From assembly GCA_965637545.1 (NCBI GenBank), contig OZ281500.1, positions 21,018,001 to 21,082,000 of the forward strand: 64,000 bases of DNA, written 5' to 3'. Origin of the DNA: Phallusia mammillata. Its lineage: Eukaryota. Below the pieces are notes generated by a model. That model did not search any database and was not told the DNA's origin. It was given only the letters and a program-made list of their open reading frames with translations. Of the stretch, positions 13,001 through 26,221 are shown piece after piece. A program made the position numbers and the translations under genes. How positions within the stretch are numbered: position 1 is the first letter of the stretch; each line of letters opens with the position of its first letter.

Positions 13001-16000
13001 TGTTACGTTGTACGAATTGTTTATTCTAATTTTTGACCAAACGGGTCTGTACACCATTGGTTGAGGTTCACTACATGGTATAAAGTTTTGTTTGACCACG
13101 ACTGTATGGCGACATACCATTTTTTCCACATCAGAAAAAATTCATGTTATAATATCATTAAAATACAATATAAAAACATGGAACCCATAAGCTTAATGGA
13201 ACCAATATTAAAGTAAATAGCAGACAATGAAAACTGCTTCGGCTAAATTGTGGTATTCAACAATAGCCTTTATTTCATTAGCTGCACTGTTAAGACTTTA
13301 TAGGCCGTAAAAGTGTGCACTGTATACGAAAAGAACTTGTTTCTTTACTCTGTGACCTGTTGAAGTGTCTCTACTTTGTGGCCAACAGTTTAAAGGGAGA
13401 TTTTATGCAATATCTTTATGCTGAAAAGTTGTATTCTTTAGCTTGTCACTAACTGATGGTAAGTTGTATTCACAGGACGAGGGTGTGAAGATTTATGTTC
13501 AACTCTACAAAGAAGTCGAAGTAGCTGTAGGACTGGATAGTGCTTATACCAAACGGACGCTGCAGGAACTAAATCCCAAGAATATCAAAGTGATGCGGCA
13601 TCCCGATCTAACAGCAGGTGGCGCTCGCACACTTAATTATTTTTTTTCGAGGTTTTTTTTATCATGTATTTGTTATTTTCAGGAAAAGGGTTTTTAGAAA
13701 CTCTTTTCAAAATCTTTTTCGAAGTGCAAGATAGAAGTTTTAATTAGAACTGACTGGCCGAACACTTTTTGAAAAACGCGAAAAAAGTGAAAAAGTTGTT
13801 AAAAAAAGTTAAAACTGCCATTATTTTGATACCCTATATGACCCCTGCTTTAAATGTTGGAAGCTATGCACATTTTGCAAAGCACTTCCTGTCTAAAAAT
13901 ATTTTTGAAAACATTTTATTGCAAACTACTTTTTCCCTTGCAGGAGAACTATTGTGGGCTCACCACGAAAAAATCATCGTGATCGATCAGAATGTCGCTT
14001 TCATCGGCGGCATCGACCTTTGTTACGGCCGATGGGACGACCACGCCCACAGACTAACTGATGTAACTGCCCTTTTGACGCAGACTCAACAAGTAAGAGA
14101 TTGACATATACCTCATTGCGTGACATCGAAGTCGCTATCCTTTTCACCATAACCGTTTTCAAGTTTATTTTATCATGAAGATATGTTAAAGCAAACCTAT
14201 AACACCCGAACTATTGCTTTATCGACTTAAAATTTAGTCCTTTTTGCAGTTTATGTGTTAAAACCAGTCTTTTTAGTTTTTAGGTGTGATGAAAACACTT
14301 TTATATTTAGTTTTGTTCATTACAGACGCTAGCCAAAGGGCAGGACCTGCACAAAAAAGGCACAATAATAACATATTTTAGTGTTATAAATCTTCTCTAA
14401 GTGTTAGATAAGGTTAAAATTTATCAAAAAAAAAAACATTGTCAACACTTTTATGGCAGGGCGGCACAACTGAAGTGGATTCAAGTGGCCAAACTGTAAA
14501 TCCACAAACAGCAGCCATGGGGCAATCATCAACCGCTGCAGCTTTGGGGATGTTTTGGGCGATGACAATGGGAGTAGTGGAACACGTTTCAGAGGTAAAA
14601 ATTATAAAACTTTAGGAAAATTTTTATTTTTGGTTTGTGGTTTGTGAAAATGCTGTTTAGTTCTGAAAGCAGTACCTTTAAGGTCGATTTTGTTAAGTAA
14701 TGTTTGTTAAACTTAATTGGTACAGTCAATCTTGGTTAGCCCGGGCCTGTTTGGACCGAAAAAATTGCCCGGGTTATGCGAAGACCTGGATTAACCGATG
14801 TCGATTAGTTTTAGCTTTGCCACATTAAAAATCGTTTGTACCTTAAGTTTTGTTTGAATTAGGCGAAGATCCGGATAAACTGTATCGGGTTTAACCGAGG
14901 TTTATCCATTTGCTGTAATATAGGGGCCAATAAAAATGTTTCCTCTTGGTGAATGTTATAAGTTTGGGGCAACTGATTCGAAGTGTCACTGTTTTTACGC
15001 GAAAAGTTTGCCTAGTAACAAATCTGCCGTGACACAACAGCACAACCAAAATCACTAATCCGGAAGTGTTTGGCCCAATAAAATGATTACAGAATAGGTG
15101 ACAACAATCAATAGATTAAATACAATACGCGATCGCAATTAATCGCTGATACGCGATTGACCGTTTAAATTTCAAAGTATAGTTCAATTCTACAAAAGGG
15201 AAAATGGTCGGGATGTACCGAGCAAAACCAGTGGTACCGAGCATTGGTAACTTTTTTGTTACTTATGTCACCCAAATCTGCTAATCGCCTCTTAATGATA
15301 ATCTTATTCAAACAACGATTAGGTTATCGCGAAAAAGATGTTACGTTAATACTTTTTTCAAACAAACTTAAGGCTGCGGCCTAAAAGATCAGATTTAAAC
15401 ACTTTCTTTTGATAATTATAGATTATAATCTATGGGTTTCGTAAAGTAAACCCATCTCTAAGAAAATGTCAAGCTTTAGCTAGAACATCCCTGGTTTAAA
15501 GAACAAAACATGTTGCACTGCTATCACGTCATTTATGTTCGACGTCATAAAAGCCAAGCATGTTTAAACTTGATACTATGCCTGGCAGCAATAGCTTATA
15601 TAAAAGCCAAGCATGTTGAGTCAAATTATAATTTTGTCCTTTCCCAAAGAAACATTAGGTTAAAACTGCCGGGGTTTTGTGCACCACTGTATTCAACGAA
15701 AAAACTAAACAATGGTGTTTTTTGTGGTTTATTAGACTCCAGAAACACCCAAGATCAAAGAGCCTCCTCCAACTCCAGGTAAGCCATGTAACTGTTTATT
15801 GTAGCTGATTTTCCTCATTTGCTATTTGTCTTAAATAACGCACAACAGACTTTCACAGCATTGGACAACCCCGCCCTGTAAGTTTGGAAATAGGTAAATG
15901 TCATGATATGTTTGAAACTTACTCTATCCTCGAATAATTCACTAACTGATTTGGTTGTGGTAGACTAACAAATAGCAAAATATAGTGTGCTTTACAAATG

Positions 16001-19000
16001 GTTGTAGCGTTTGTAAAAATATCAACGTTTTTCTTGTGAAGATGTACAATCACTTACAGGTGGTCCGTGCCGACCAAATTTTGTTAAAATTTAATTTTGT
16101 TCGTCTGTTTTAGAACCAGCCAGGGAAGGAAACAGACTCAAAAAACTTCTTTCATTCCGAAGTCGACATAAGGTAAGTGTGAAAAATTGTCTACTAAATT
16201 TGGTTACTTTTACCATAGGTTAAAAATTGGGGCCTAATCCCGAAAAAACAATCCCGAAAACTAATCAGAACGCTATTTTTTTTAAATAAAACGGACAATG
16301 CCCCTATTTAGGCCCGACAACGGGAAAAATTGCGACACAAACAATGCTGAGTGTGAAGTCAGGGCGGAGTTAAGCCCGTTTTACTCAAGTTTAAACCCAA
16401 ACCCGTCCAGAAAAGCTCCGCTTGACTTACAACTCGGTCGTAATCAATTCTAATCGGCGCCAAAATTCTGAAGTCTTATTTTTTAAGCAACAACGGAAAA
16501 TATGTTCCGATTGACGGAATCAATCGATCAATGTCATGGAATATATATATTTCGTCTAACTGGCATGTTCAGTTCCTACAAAACCACAGGTTAAAATTCC
16601 GTTACTGCGAAAATACTTTCCACTCTTGCTTATTCAAATTACATAATCGTCGATAACCATGCTGCCTGTTGGATGGTCTGATACTGTCCAGTTCAAACAC
16701 TCTTAACTTCTATAAATAACTTATTGGTTTAGTCAGGAACTTGGATCTGTATTATATTTTTTGATTTTCCAACTACTTTTGTGACTGACAGGATCGAAAG
16801 TCGGAAAGCGAAGAACCGCGTTCAGCGAGGCGTGAAGCCGACACCCTCAACATTTCGACGCTAGGTGGCGGTAAGTTCCTGCATGAGTTTCGTCTTATGC
16901 TGATTCTACCTCGTGTGCCCACATTCACATATCGTGCAGTCACATTAACATTGCTGTCACACTAAACGTAATTACAAACCATTGAACCGCTGCCGCCTCA
17001 GCACATGCCTAAACAATAGCGCTTCAAGCGTGCTTATCGAAAACATTTGAGCCGCTAACCAAGGCAAAATCATTTTTGGTGTATTTTTTTTTATTTTTTT
17101 TTATTTTTTCAAAATTAGGATCATGTAAAATCAACTGTTTTAAAGTGAGTGCTCATTGCCATTTAAAAGTTACTTAATTCTCACACTTTAGAGTGAACAT
17201 ATTTTGAAACACTGCATTTAGGAGTATACTATTTGCTGCAGTTAGACGCATTAAACGCTTTGCAGTGTGATTTTTTGTTGCCTTTTTATGTCAAAATTTA
17301 TCTGCCATTGTTTCAGTTTTCATTCATGAACATTTAAGTTATTTTGGCCATTTTGTCTAGACCCAAAATTTTACAATTGTAAAGTATAATAGATTAAAAC
17401 ATGTGATTTGTTTAAAAACTCGTTTAAATGGATTATTTTGTTGTAAATGTCCTATTCTTTCATCACTTTTCAACATACAGCGTTTCATGTTAGTTTTATG
17501 ATTTCTCTGTTGTTAGTTTAGACCTTAAAATCAATTCACACCCTGTTTGGGGCAAAACTTTTTTTTTTCTGGCAGTCAACACAACCTATGTTTGCTGTTA
17601 TTTTTTGTTATTTTTTACTGATACTGAACCTTACAGAATCGAGGTCTCTGCTTTCTGCAGGTAAACACTACAAACCTTAAATCGTGAAAAAATAGCTGAA
17701 ATATAGCTCATTTTCAGATTCGTAGCAATTAGTATCTCACAAATTAGTTAGATCTGTCATAACATGTGATTTTCATTAGCTGCATTCATGTTATAGATCT
17801 TTTGAATGATTCTCTATTAAGATTGTATTATTCATTTATCGTTCAACAATTAATCACTTGTTTTATGTGACGATTTTGGTCAACAGCAGTTCTTATGTCA
17901 GGCATTTTCTTGTAATTATCGGTAGTAATGTTAGACAACAGTTTAAGATTCATTAACCAATAAAACAGAATTTGCCTTTGAATGGACTTGCGAATAACCG
18001 AAATCGTCTATATATTGAAAAAGTCCAATTTAAAGGCCATTTTGATCAAGTTTTTCATCATCGTAGTACGCCAGGCGTATTGAAGGCGGTATACCGAATC
18101 AAGCCAGCCACCCTAGCATTTCCATATTGCAATGCATAAGCTAAAAAAATTGTTCATTTTAACTGAACTTTTAATGATAAGGTGAAGGGAAGACGATTTG
18201 TAATGAAGTGTCACATCCCTTTCAAGTTCAAGGTTTATGGCCAATAGTTTAACGCTTTTGGCAAATTCGCAGCGCTGTGGCAATTTGGAAACCATTAAAT
18301 CTGTTTCCCCTTAAAAAACGTATTCTTTTTTACTATCCTTTTCAATGTGGTGGGTGATTTCTTTGGGTGCACAACATTAAAGAGCATATTTTTATTGACA
18401 TTGGGTGTCTAATTACAGGTTTCAAGAATTTTTGACTTGAAATTGTTGTTAGTTTCTAATGTAATTTTAAAAACTTTAATTCTTGGTGAATTAGTGTTCT
18501 TTGGATCGCATGGTATCCGGCCTAATTCAAATCGCATGGTAACCGGTCGCTTGCATGCAATTTAATTGTTGTTTGCAGGTTACGGAGCGACGAACGATTC
18601 GGCACCGCTGATTACCAGCAAATCATCGTCTGGAATGAGTAGGATTTTTACTTAGTAATTTTATTGTAATTGACGATGTGCTGGTGATAAGAGTTCTTAT
18701 TTTTTTCAGTAAATGCCAAACCAAAAATGCCCAAAAATCAATTAAGGCATTACATGTAATTTTGAAAAAGATAAAAAAACTAATTGGGTTGTATTAAAGG
18801 GTTGTTTTCAGTGGTGGAATTCAGCCGGTTCGCACCGGTTCTATAGAACTGCCTCACGAAATTTTATGAGATCAGCGAACCGGTTAGCTTTACTGGTTAC
18901 TGTCAATGGACTTTTCAGAACATCACCGGCTGAAAATATGACTTAGAACCGGCTGACAAAAAATGTGAATCCTACACTGGCTGTATTGTTTAACAGGGTT

Positions 19001-22000
19001 ATAAAAGAATAATTAAACAGATTGCAAAAATTTGCGTCATGAAAAGTTTAACCTTTTGAGTAACTTACACCTAAAACTCTTGTAGTGCTGTTTCAGATCA
19101 TTTGCTACACATAACTCAATTCTAAAACTGACTGAAACCGTAGGCCTTACAATAATTCTAGAAAGTTCGTAAGCTTGTTTCCAATCTAACCAACGTAAGA
19201 AAACTTTTAAACAAAAATCAAGTTTATTTTTTGTCACATATCTTCAATTTTTCACCAGCCATCGTCATATGTACTGCATGTTGCTTGTGCTTGGTGTTCT
19301 GTTTCTGAATGATTACTACCTAATTTGTCAACGTTTCGGCAAGATTTTTCAGCGTTTTATGCTCATCGCTAGCACCATCATTAAGTTAATTCCTTCTGTC
19401 ATGTAACCTTGTCCATTTTACTTGTTTTTTTCTCTACCACTCTCCCATATAAAGTCAATTAACTTGTTATCAATTTTTTATTTTCCTCTCGATAAACTTT
19501 TTCAAAATTTCAAATTTATTTAAAATGTTGTAATAGGAGATTCAACCATCCATTAGTAAAAATATTTTACCTCTATAAGGCTAACGGATATTTTAGTGTA
19601 CTATTTGCCGTTTTTTTGTGGGCTGTAACGTTTTTGTGAAACAGGTGGACGACGCAGCCCTTCCCCCAAACGTAAGAGTACAGACACTTCAGCAAGAAAC
19701 GGTAAGTGATAGGGTAGCAGGGTGTATAACATAAAAAAAAACACATATGAACCTTAAACACTAAAAATAGCGTTGCTTCACATAAGCTTCAGTAGAAAAT
19801 TAAAGGTTATGTGTCCCATACCTGTACCACAAAACAACATTAAGTTGCTGTATACAGTGAGCCTTGGTTAAACTGGATTCGGTTAATCCGGATCATCGCC
19901 TAATTCGGACAAAACTTGAAGTACACATGGTTTGTAATGTGGCAAGGCTTTAACTATTCGACTTCGGTTAATCCGGATCTTCGCCTAATCCGGACATTTT
20001 TTTCGGTCCAAGCGGGTCCCGATTATCACCGAGGTTTTCTGTATTTGAATTTTAAAATCCATTACCCTTCCACAAATAGCACTTCTATGGAAAATAAAAG
20101 TCAGAAATAGTAAGCCCCACAGAAGGGTAATTTTTCTTGTAATTTGTTTTTAGCAACAAAAGAATAAAATCAAATTTAAAACTGCGCAAATTACAAACAC
20201 ACTTTGACCTTGGGTAACCCGATTATCTTTTTGCTGACTGGCTACAGGTCATGCGAAAGAGGGGCGTGGCGCCAACTACCTCCAAACTTACCAGCAGATG
20301 GTGAGCCAGGTTGAAAAGGCGGGAAAGTCCCGATTGTGGATCGGAAAAGACTACAACAACTTCATCGCCAAAGACCTCACAAACTTAGATGACCCCTTTG
20401 AAGGTTTGTGAGCACTTGGACCATTTGCTAGACCAGGGTTACGTTTTTCTTAATGATAAAGTTGTAAAAGGGCCGGGTTTTTCAGGTCGGGTTCTGGCTA
20501 TGGTTTAAAGGTTTAGGTCCTAAATTGTTGTGAGACCAACCTAAGAAATCCAAAATTCCAGATTAAAAAACATTTTTTCAAAAACTAGAAAACATACTTA
20601 GTTACTTATTTCGAATACTGAATAGCAGGTAATGGGCATGTAAATTATTTACTTGAAATCTCGCATGATTTTCTTGCGTACAGATGTGCTTGACCGAATG
20701 ACCACTCCCCGTATGCCGTGGCACGACATCGCCTCTGTGACGTACGGAAAAGCGGCACGTGACGCAGCTCGTCATTTTATTCAGAGGTGGAACTTTACCA
20801 AGGTGATACTTAAAAGTAAAAAAGTCCCTATTCGGTGGCCTGTGATTTGACAAACGAGTAAAACTTGGGAGTTTGTCAAATTGAACGGTTGTTTTATGTA
20901 AAAAAGCGAGAAACACGTGTAGTTAATGTTTTAGCATTTTAAATATCGTTAAGCCTTTTATTTAACCTTTTATTTAGAAAATATCCACTGTTCGGTCATT
21001 TGGTATATGTCCTATGTTTGTGATCACAGATCCAGAAGAAAAAGAAGGGAGAGGACGTTCCCTTCCTCCTTCCCAAGTCCTACAGTGATGAGGCATTTAC
21101 ACTTCCGCCTGATCTCATACATCCGGAAGCAGTAAAAGCAAATGTTCAGGTAATCATCCAGAATTGTTTTGAATAAAGATTCAAAATCGAATTTATATGG
21201 TAATCTCTTAGACCAGCGTTTTTTTAAATCTGCTCTGAAGCATACGAGGCAGGCAGCGGTGCTTAAACCTATGAGCCTGTGTAGCTCAGTTGGTAAAGCG
21301 CAAGTCCCGGGAAAGACTTCTGTCGTGGGTTCGAATCCCACCGCAGGCTAGATTTTTCTCGTCTACGCCTTGCCATATATGTGGGAATGCTTATGCCGGC
21401 TTGATCCGTAGTAACGACTTCAATGGGCCTGGCGTACTATCACTTAATGGAATTTTACTACGAACATACTCGGCCACAAACCAAATGAAACATTCACAAT
21501 TTCAAACTTTATATCATGACCACAATCCGTTCCCCTACTGTGTATACTGTCTTATTTCGCTTTAAGTGCCATTTGTTTGTGCTTTTAATGCATAACATTG
21601 TGTTTAGGTGCTTCGGTCGTCTTCGGAATGGTCAGCTGGTATCTGCGAAGTTGACAGATCGATCCAGAACGCTTATCTTTATGCCATCGAGAAATCGGAA
21701 CATTTCATATACCTTGAGGTTTGGGCCATTGAATATCAGCATTAGTCTGCCTAATTGCATATGTGGGGATCGTGGAACCGTAGCCTAAAGCACGTAAACT
21801 AATCGTCAGTCTAATCACATTATCCGGCTGATCGCATAAAAAAGCTTGGCAAACTATGCGATTGGTCAAATTCGTTTTTAATTGATTTATGATTATAATT
21901 GATAATTGTATTGGTTCCTTTCTTTAAATGGTGGACCGACTTTTCAAGTCTTACTATAGCTGTTATTAACCGATTTGCTTGACTGTTTTACTTTTACTTT

Positions 22001-25000
22001 GAACCCTAATAATAATATAGAAAAGATTTAAAGTAATCGAAGCTTCGGTATATTTTCTTGCATTCGGCGCATTTCTTTGCTTTGCATTTGGTACAAAAAT
22101 GGTTAAATAGTAAACGTGGTAAAGACAAAAAATATGTCTCGCTTACATAGTTACGCCGTGTCTTTCAAGTTTGCCGAGTTAAGTACAGTATTCAGAGATT
22201 ATCTAAACAAAAGACTAACAGTTTATGCCCAATTTACGATGTAACAGCACTGTCTCTTATCCGCAGAACCAATTCTTCATTACTTGCCGTGACAACCATC
22301 AAGTGAGGAATTCAATTTGCGAAGCTCTTTATCAGAGAATTGTCCGTGCTCACAACCAGAAGAAAAACTTTCGGGTTTACGTAGTGATGCCACTTATACC
22401 TGGTTTTGAGGGCGATATAAGGTGTGGTTCAGACCTTAGCTAACGTTATACTTATAGCTTTTGCGATTTTTAACGGTTTTCGTTTTGGGCTGAAGGAAAA
22501 AAAATAAACTAGCACTGATCGTCTGCCGCTTTTTTGAGTATTTTATGATATTTTGCTAAAGATCTGTTGTGACATTCGATCTAATCGAAATGATAGCAAA
22601 AGAAATCAACCTGAAAACTCAGTTCTTTTTGTTAAATTTAGTCCCTAACCCCATCCCAATCTCACTGTTTTTTTGTTTTTTTAAAAATAACTGCACTTTT
22701 TACGCCACCTACCGGAAATTAGTAACCTGGCTACGGTGCGTTCTTACGTTAGTAGCTCTACCAACATGTTGCACAACCTTGGTTGTTACATTCGCAACCA
22801 ACAAGGCAGTCAGCAAAACACATTTTTAATACACACAATTTAGGACCTTTATATGTCACGAATTTTTAATTATTGCGCATTTATTCCTTAACAGTGACAG
22901 CAGTAAAAGTCAAGCAATTCGAACTGTACTACATTGGCAGTACAAGAGCATTAACAGAGGTGTGGGATCGCTATTGGAAGACCTTAATCAAACAAGTAAG
23001 TCTTTGCCAACCTTTTTAACCAAAGTTGAAAAGCCCGACCCAACGTATAACTCTGGATAACTCTTTACCATTTACTTGTGTGTTGTTTCAGTCGGTGCCG
23101 GAAACGCGTGGAAATACGTTTCCTTCTGTGGACTCCGTACCCACTCTGAACTCCAGGATAAACCGATCACAGAGATGATTTACGTTCACAGCAAGATGTT
23201 GATTGCCGATGATCGACTTGTTATCATAGGTTGGTCATCAATCCTTGAACAATAGCAAAATTGGTATATGGTCTTCTGGTATTTAAGCTTGTGAAGTCGG
23301 TTGAAAAATTATTCACTTCACTCTTTACAAAGTTTCCCACTCCGACTCTGCTGCTTTTGTACAATTTATTGCTGTTTTTAATAAAACTGAACCAAAGTAA
23401 ACAAAAATTACGACTTCCACGACACAATACTTAGGGACAGGCTCAACAGTAAGCTGTCGAAAGTCAAATCAAAAGCACCGTTGCTGCACATGTCAGCTTC
23501 GTAGTAGGGGATCGCCAGATTGACCAGTAATCGATCAAACACAACTTTGTGAACTTACTTTTCCCTTACTTATCTTTTTGACGTCACAGGCTCTGCCAAC
23601 ATCAACGATCGCAGTATGTCAGGAACACGTGACAGTGAAGTAGCGTTGTTGGTTGAAGACACCCAGATGATTCCGTCAACCATGGATGGGAAGTAAGTTG
23701 TTTCAGTTTGCTTTTTGTCATTCTGTTTTCCCTAAACAGCATATCCTGAAAAAGTCTCTTTATGTGTAAACTTATTTTGTTACCTTATTCAAATAGAATA
23801 TTACAAGATTATATAAAAAAAAAAACATAAACGTAAAACATACATACAACAGCTAAGGTAGATTGAGAGTAAAGACCAGATTAACTTCAACTGTACCTCA
23901 GCTGTAACTGGGCAGACTGGCTGAGTGTACGGTCATGTCAGTAGTAACATGCTACAGGCCAAAACTATACACGCATAAAACTAAGTAACAACATAAGAAC
24001 AACATTCAAATCTGGTTGGAAACCAACATAATGTTAACATTTGAATAAGTTATTTCTATATGTGTGAGTGTGATTTTCTTTTTGATACACTTGCTACATG
24101 TTTTGTGACTGTTTAACCCTAAAGGCAAACAAAATATCCCAAGCGATGGAATATAATTGTGCCTTGTGCAAACCCTGTGACTCACTGTAACCCTACTAAA
24201 TAGTAATCTACACAAAATATGGTTATAATGTTTAACAGTAATCCAAGATTCCAAATTTGACGCTGTTTTTGACTACCTACAAAGAACGACTTTGATTTTC
24301 AATAATTCTTTTGTAGACCATATGAGGTTGGTGTGTATGCCACCTCTCTCAGGAGAAGATGCTTCTGTGAGCATCTCGGTCTGCTTCCGAGCGATTATGA
24401 CGGAACAAAGGCGACCTTTGACCCCCTGACTGCCGATGCAGGTTTGTCAGTAGCGGATGCTTCAAGCGAACATTTCTTCAAAGAGATTTGGACCAGGATT
24501 GCAGCTGTCAATACAACGGTTTATGAAAAGGTTGGTGTAACCATTTATGTTGTTATTGTTGCGTTTTTTTGGGGGTCAAGTATTGTAAAGTTATCATTTT
24601 TTTACCAGGTTTACCATTGGCTTTATTGTTTTATGGTTTGGTTCAGTTTTGAATAAGTCATGTATTCCCCTTAGTTACATCAAACATATATATCAATTTT
24701 TAATATTTTGTTATTTTTTTGGTTAGGCACCTTGTTTCAAATTTTTGTTTGAATTGGGTGCAGAATAATATTTAAAATTAACAATGTTAGTATTAAAACA
24801 ACTTTTCGTGGTTTTCGTGGTTTTCGTGGTTGTATAAAACAACTTTTCGTGGTTTGTAGGTGTTTAAGTGTCTTCCTAGCGATTTCGTGCGCAAACTTCC
24901 TGATGCCGAGGAGTTTAGTCGCGAAGCTCTGTGCGAGACGGATGTGGGAGCTGCAAGAGAAGAACTAACCAAGGTTTGTTGAATTCGAGGCCAGATTCTA

Positions 25001-25535
25001 CCCCATGAAAGCCCTGGGCACTTAAGACTTTGGTACCTCATGTCAGTGTTGCCAGTTGAATTCTCAAAAACCGCCACTGTGCTTTTCTAAACTCGCTTAA
25101 ACACCACAACTGCTAAAAAAATAAAGGAACCCAATGTTATCGTCATTTAACTGCTTGCAAGGACGAAAGCATGTCAAAATTCAAAAACTGACATTTTTAA
25201 CCAACCGCCTAAAATACGCAACCACTACTAAGGGTTAAAACTAGCCCAATTAGGCGGGAAAACCGCTACTTTGGTAACACTGTTCCATACAGGAGTAGCT
25301 CACAAACGAGCAAAACGAGCCTAAAAACAAAAATTGTGAAACTTTTGGACAAGCTATTGTACATTAAAAACATTCAAAAACCACCTTTTTAAATTTGAAC
25401 GAATATTTTAACGTACATTTTTTTTAGGTGAACGGTTACCTTGTGCTCATGCCTTTGCTTTTCCTTATCGATGAGGACCTTACTCCGGGTGCAATAACAA
25501 AAGAGGGGATAGCACCAACCGACCTCTGGACGTAA
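1093..25535 (+). CDS. PLD1: Phospholipase D1/D2-type (PX-PH-HKD) phospholipase D, multi-exon, 5' end outside the window
   Basis: Spliced GT-AG exons in consistent phase: 1093-1158, 1562-1620, 2447-2548, 8539-8682, 9150-9299, 10497-10662, 13476-13617, 13944-14092, loop exons (14460-14594, 15736-15778, 15849-15893, 16114-16172, 16792-16870, 17637-17660, 18579-18638, 19645-19701), 20248-20403, 20684-20802, 21030-21149, 21608-21718, 22267-22421, 22895-22995, 23092-23229, 23590-23692, 24317-24530, 24860-24973, 25428-25535(TAA). Motifs: [11 protein letters not shown] (PH domain), [32 protein letters not shown] (HKD1), [27 protein letters not shown]...GSANINDRS (HKD2), C-terminus [14 protein letters not shown]1 versus PLD2 orthology is not resolvable by eye; the loop favours PLD1-like. 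Confidence 0.95.
6754..7072. mobile_element. hAT MITE nested inside an older hAT MITE
   Basis: TIR CAGTGGTTCCCAAAC / GTTTGGGAACCACTG; perfect TSD ATCTACTA (6746-6753, 7073-7080). It interrupts a copy of the 424-623 family. Confidence 0.85.
8437..8482 (-). ncRNA. Type I hammerhead ribozyme copy in a PLD intron (antisense to PLD)
   Basis: TGCA-CTGATGA-GACC(TTTTG)GGCC-GAAA-CAGTGTACACT-GTC^TGTA: intact core, perfectly palindromic stem III, one A-C mismatch in stem II. Confidence 0.7.
8806..8925. mobile_element. Penelope-like pLTR remnant with an internal inversion and a degenerate hammerhead
   Basis: CCAGCAGTTTTTATT...TTTCGACGTCTCGAGACGACTTCTTTAG (degenerate core on the minus strand), then inverted AATAAACTGCTGGAAGAG...TATGCCTGGCAGCAATAGCTTATA. 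Confidence 0.5.
9315..9551. mobile_element. hAT-type MITE (TIR CAGAGTTG)
   Basis: CAGAGTTG...CAACTCTG, perfect TSD TATCACAT. Fragments rich in CGGGCCGGGTT recur at ~12180-12245, 16360-16436, 20468, 59000-59185 and 62170-62515. Confidence 0.8.
9576..9768. mobile_element. hAT-type MITE, young family
   Basis: CAGGTTTTTTT...AAAAAAACACTG, perfect TSD AACATAAC; near-identical to 29714-29878. Confidence 0.85.
10380..10496 (+). repeat. AT-rich ~16/32-bp tandem repeat abutting a PLD splice acceptor
   Basis: Alternating AATTTAGTATTTCCTT / AATTTAGTATTCACTG units ending in GAATTTTAG|exon. Confidence 0.8.
11786..12061. mobile_element. hAT (Charlie-like) MITE
   Basis: TIR CAGTGGTTCTCAACC / GGTTGAGAACCACTG, subterminal TGGCCCA repeats, TSD AGCTAAGC/ATCTAAGC. 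Confidence 0.85.
12380..12670. promoter_or_regulatory. Promoter-like motif cluster inside a PLD intron
   Basis: GTCACGTGAC twice (12486-12495, 12654-12663), CRE TGACGTCA (12503-12510), X-box GTTGCTTGGCAAC (12528-12540), YY1-like AAAATGGC, locally CpG-rich. Confidence 0.55.
18809..18979. mobile_element. MITE (TIR CAGTGGTGG(G/A)ATTCA)
   Basis: Close homologue at 63733-63915; internal CCGGTT repeats. Confidence 0.75.
19855..20041. mobile_element. Tc1/mariner (pogo/Tigger-like) MITE
   Basis: TA-flanked, same family as 39358-39542, repeated TAATCCGGA motifs. Confidence 0.75.
21275..21440 (+). mobile_element. tRNA-derived SINE-like element (family 1)
   Basis: A box TAGCTCAGTTGG, B box GGTTCGAATCC, 7-bp acceptor stem GCCTGTG/CGCAGGC, perfect T arm, non-canonical anticodon arm. 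The body recurs at 37670-37836(-) and 18062-18130(-). Confidence 0.75.
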
Positions 25536-26013
25536 CGATAATTCCATTCCAACACAGCAGTGCACCGCAATGTGCCAAACTCGTACTCTCTTGCAAGCAA
25601 GTGCTGGATACCAGAATGGTGTTTCACATTATATTTTTGAATTTTTTTGGTTCCAAACGCCATTTTATTTTGCGCAATTTTGTTTGTTTGTTTTTGTTTT
25701 AATAACGTCCTTTTCTGATAAACTCTAAATCATTTTAAATCAGTATGTAAGACGAGTAATTGATTTTTTTTAAAGTATGATGCACTTGTTGAAGAAAAAT
25801 CGTTTTCTTGTCAAAACATTTGCTAAATTGAATGCTCTGTTTTAAATAACACCTTCCCAGTACTTATAATAGCTATTGCTCATTATCTTGAAGGTATTAT
25901 TGCATCACATACATATATTGGGCGTCATATTAGCACCATACTTTTTTCTAAAACGAAAACACCTAAATTTTGACCATCGATAAGGAATATCAACCCGAAT
26001 TAACCAAATAATT

Positions 26014-26221
26014 CAGTGATTCCCAACTTTTTTCGACCAATTGCGTCCCTAAAATATTACATAGTAGATGCTGAACCATAAAAATATCATTTAAAATTGC
26101 GTCTTTCATCAACTTCACAGGTTATATTCGCAGAGCGTATAAGTGTATATTGACATACCACATGTACAAATTTAAGTAAAGTCCCCAAGTTTTAAAATCC
26201 CTCCTTGGTTAGGAACCACTG
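26014..26221. mobile_element. hAT MITE (424-623 family) downstream of the PLD stop
   Basis: CAGTGATTCCCAAC...AGGAACCACTG; TSD AAATAATT/CAATAATT. Confidence 0.75.

Noticed and set aside
18710-18760. Extra PLD loop micro-exons at ~18710 and ~19537
   Set aside because: Acceptor-like AGs exist but no donor gives a phase compatible with the flanking phase-1 exons.
21275-21349. Functional tRNA gene
   Set aside because: The acceptor and T arms fold, but the anticodon arm is non-canonical (8-nt loop, no U33 pattern) and the downstream body is repeated elsewhere, so it is a SINE-like head.
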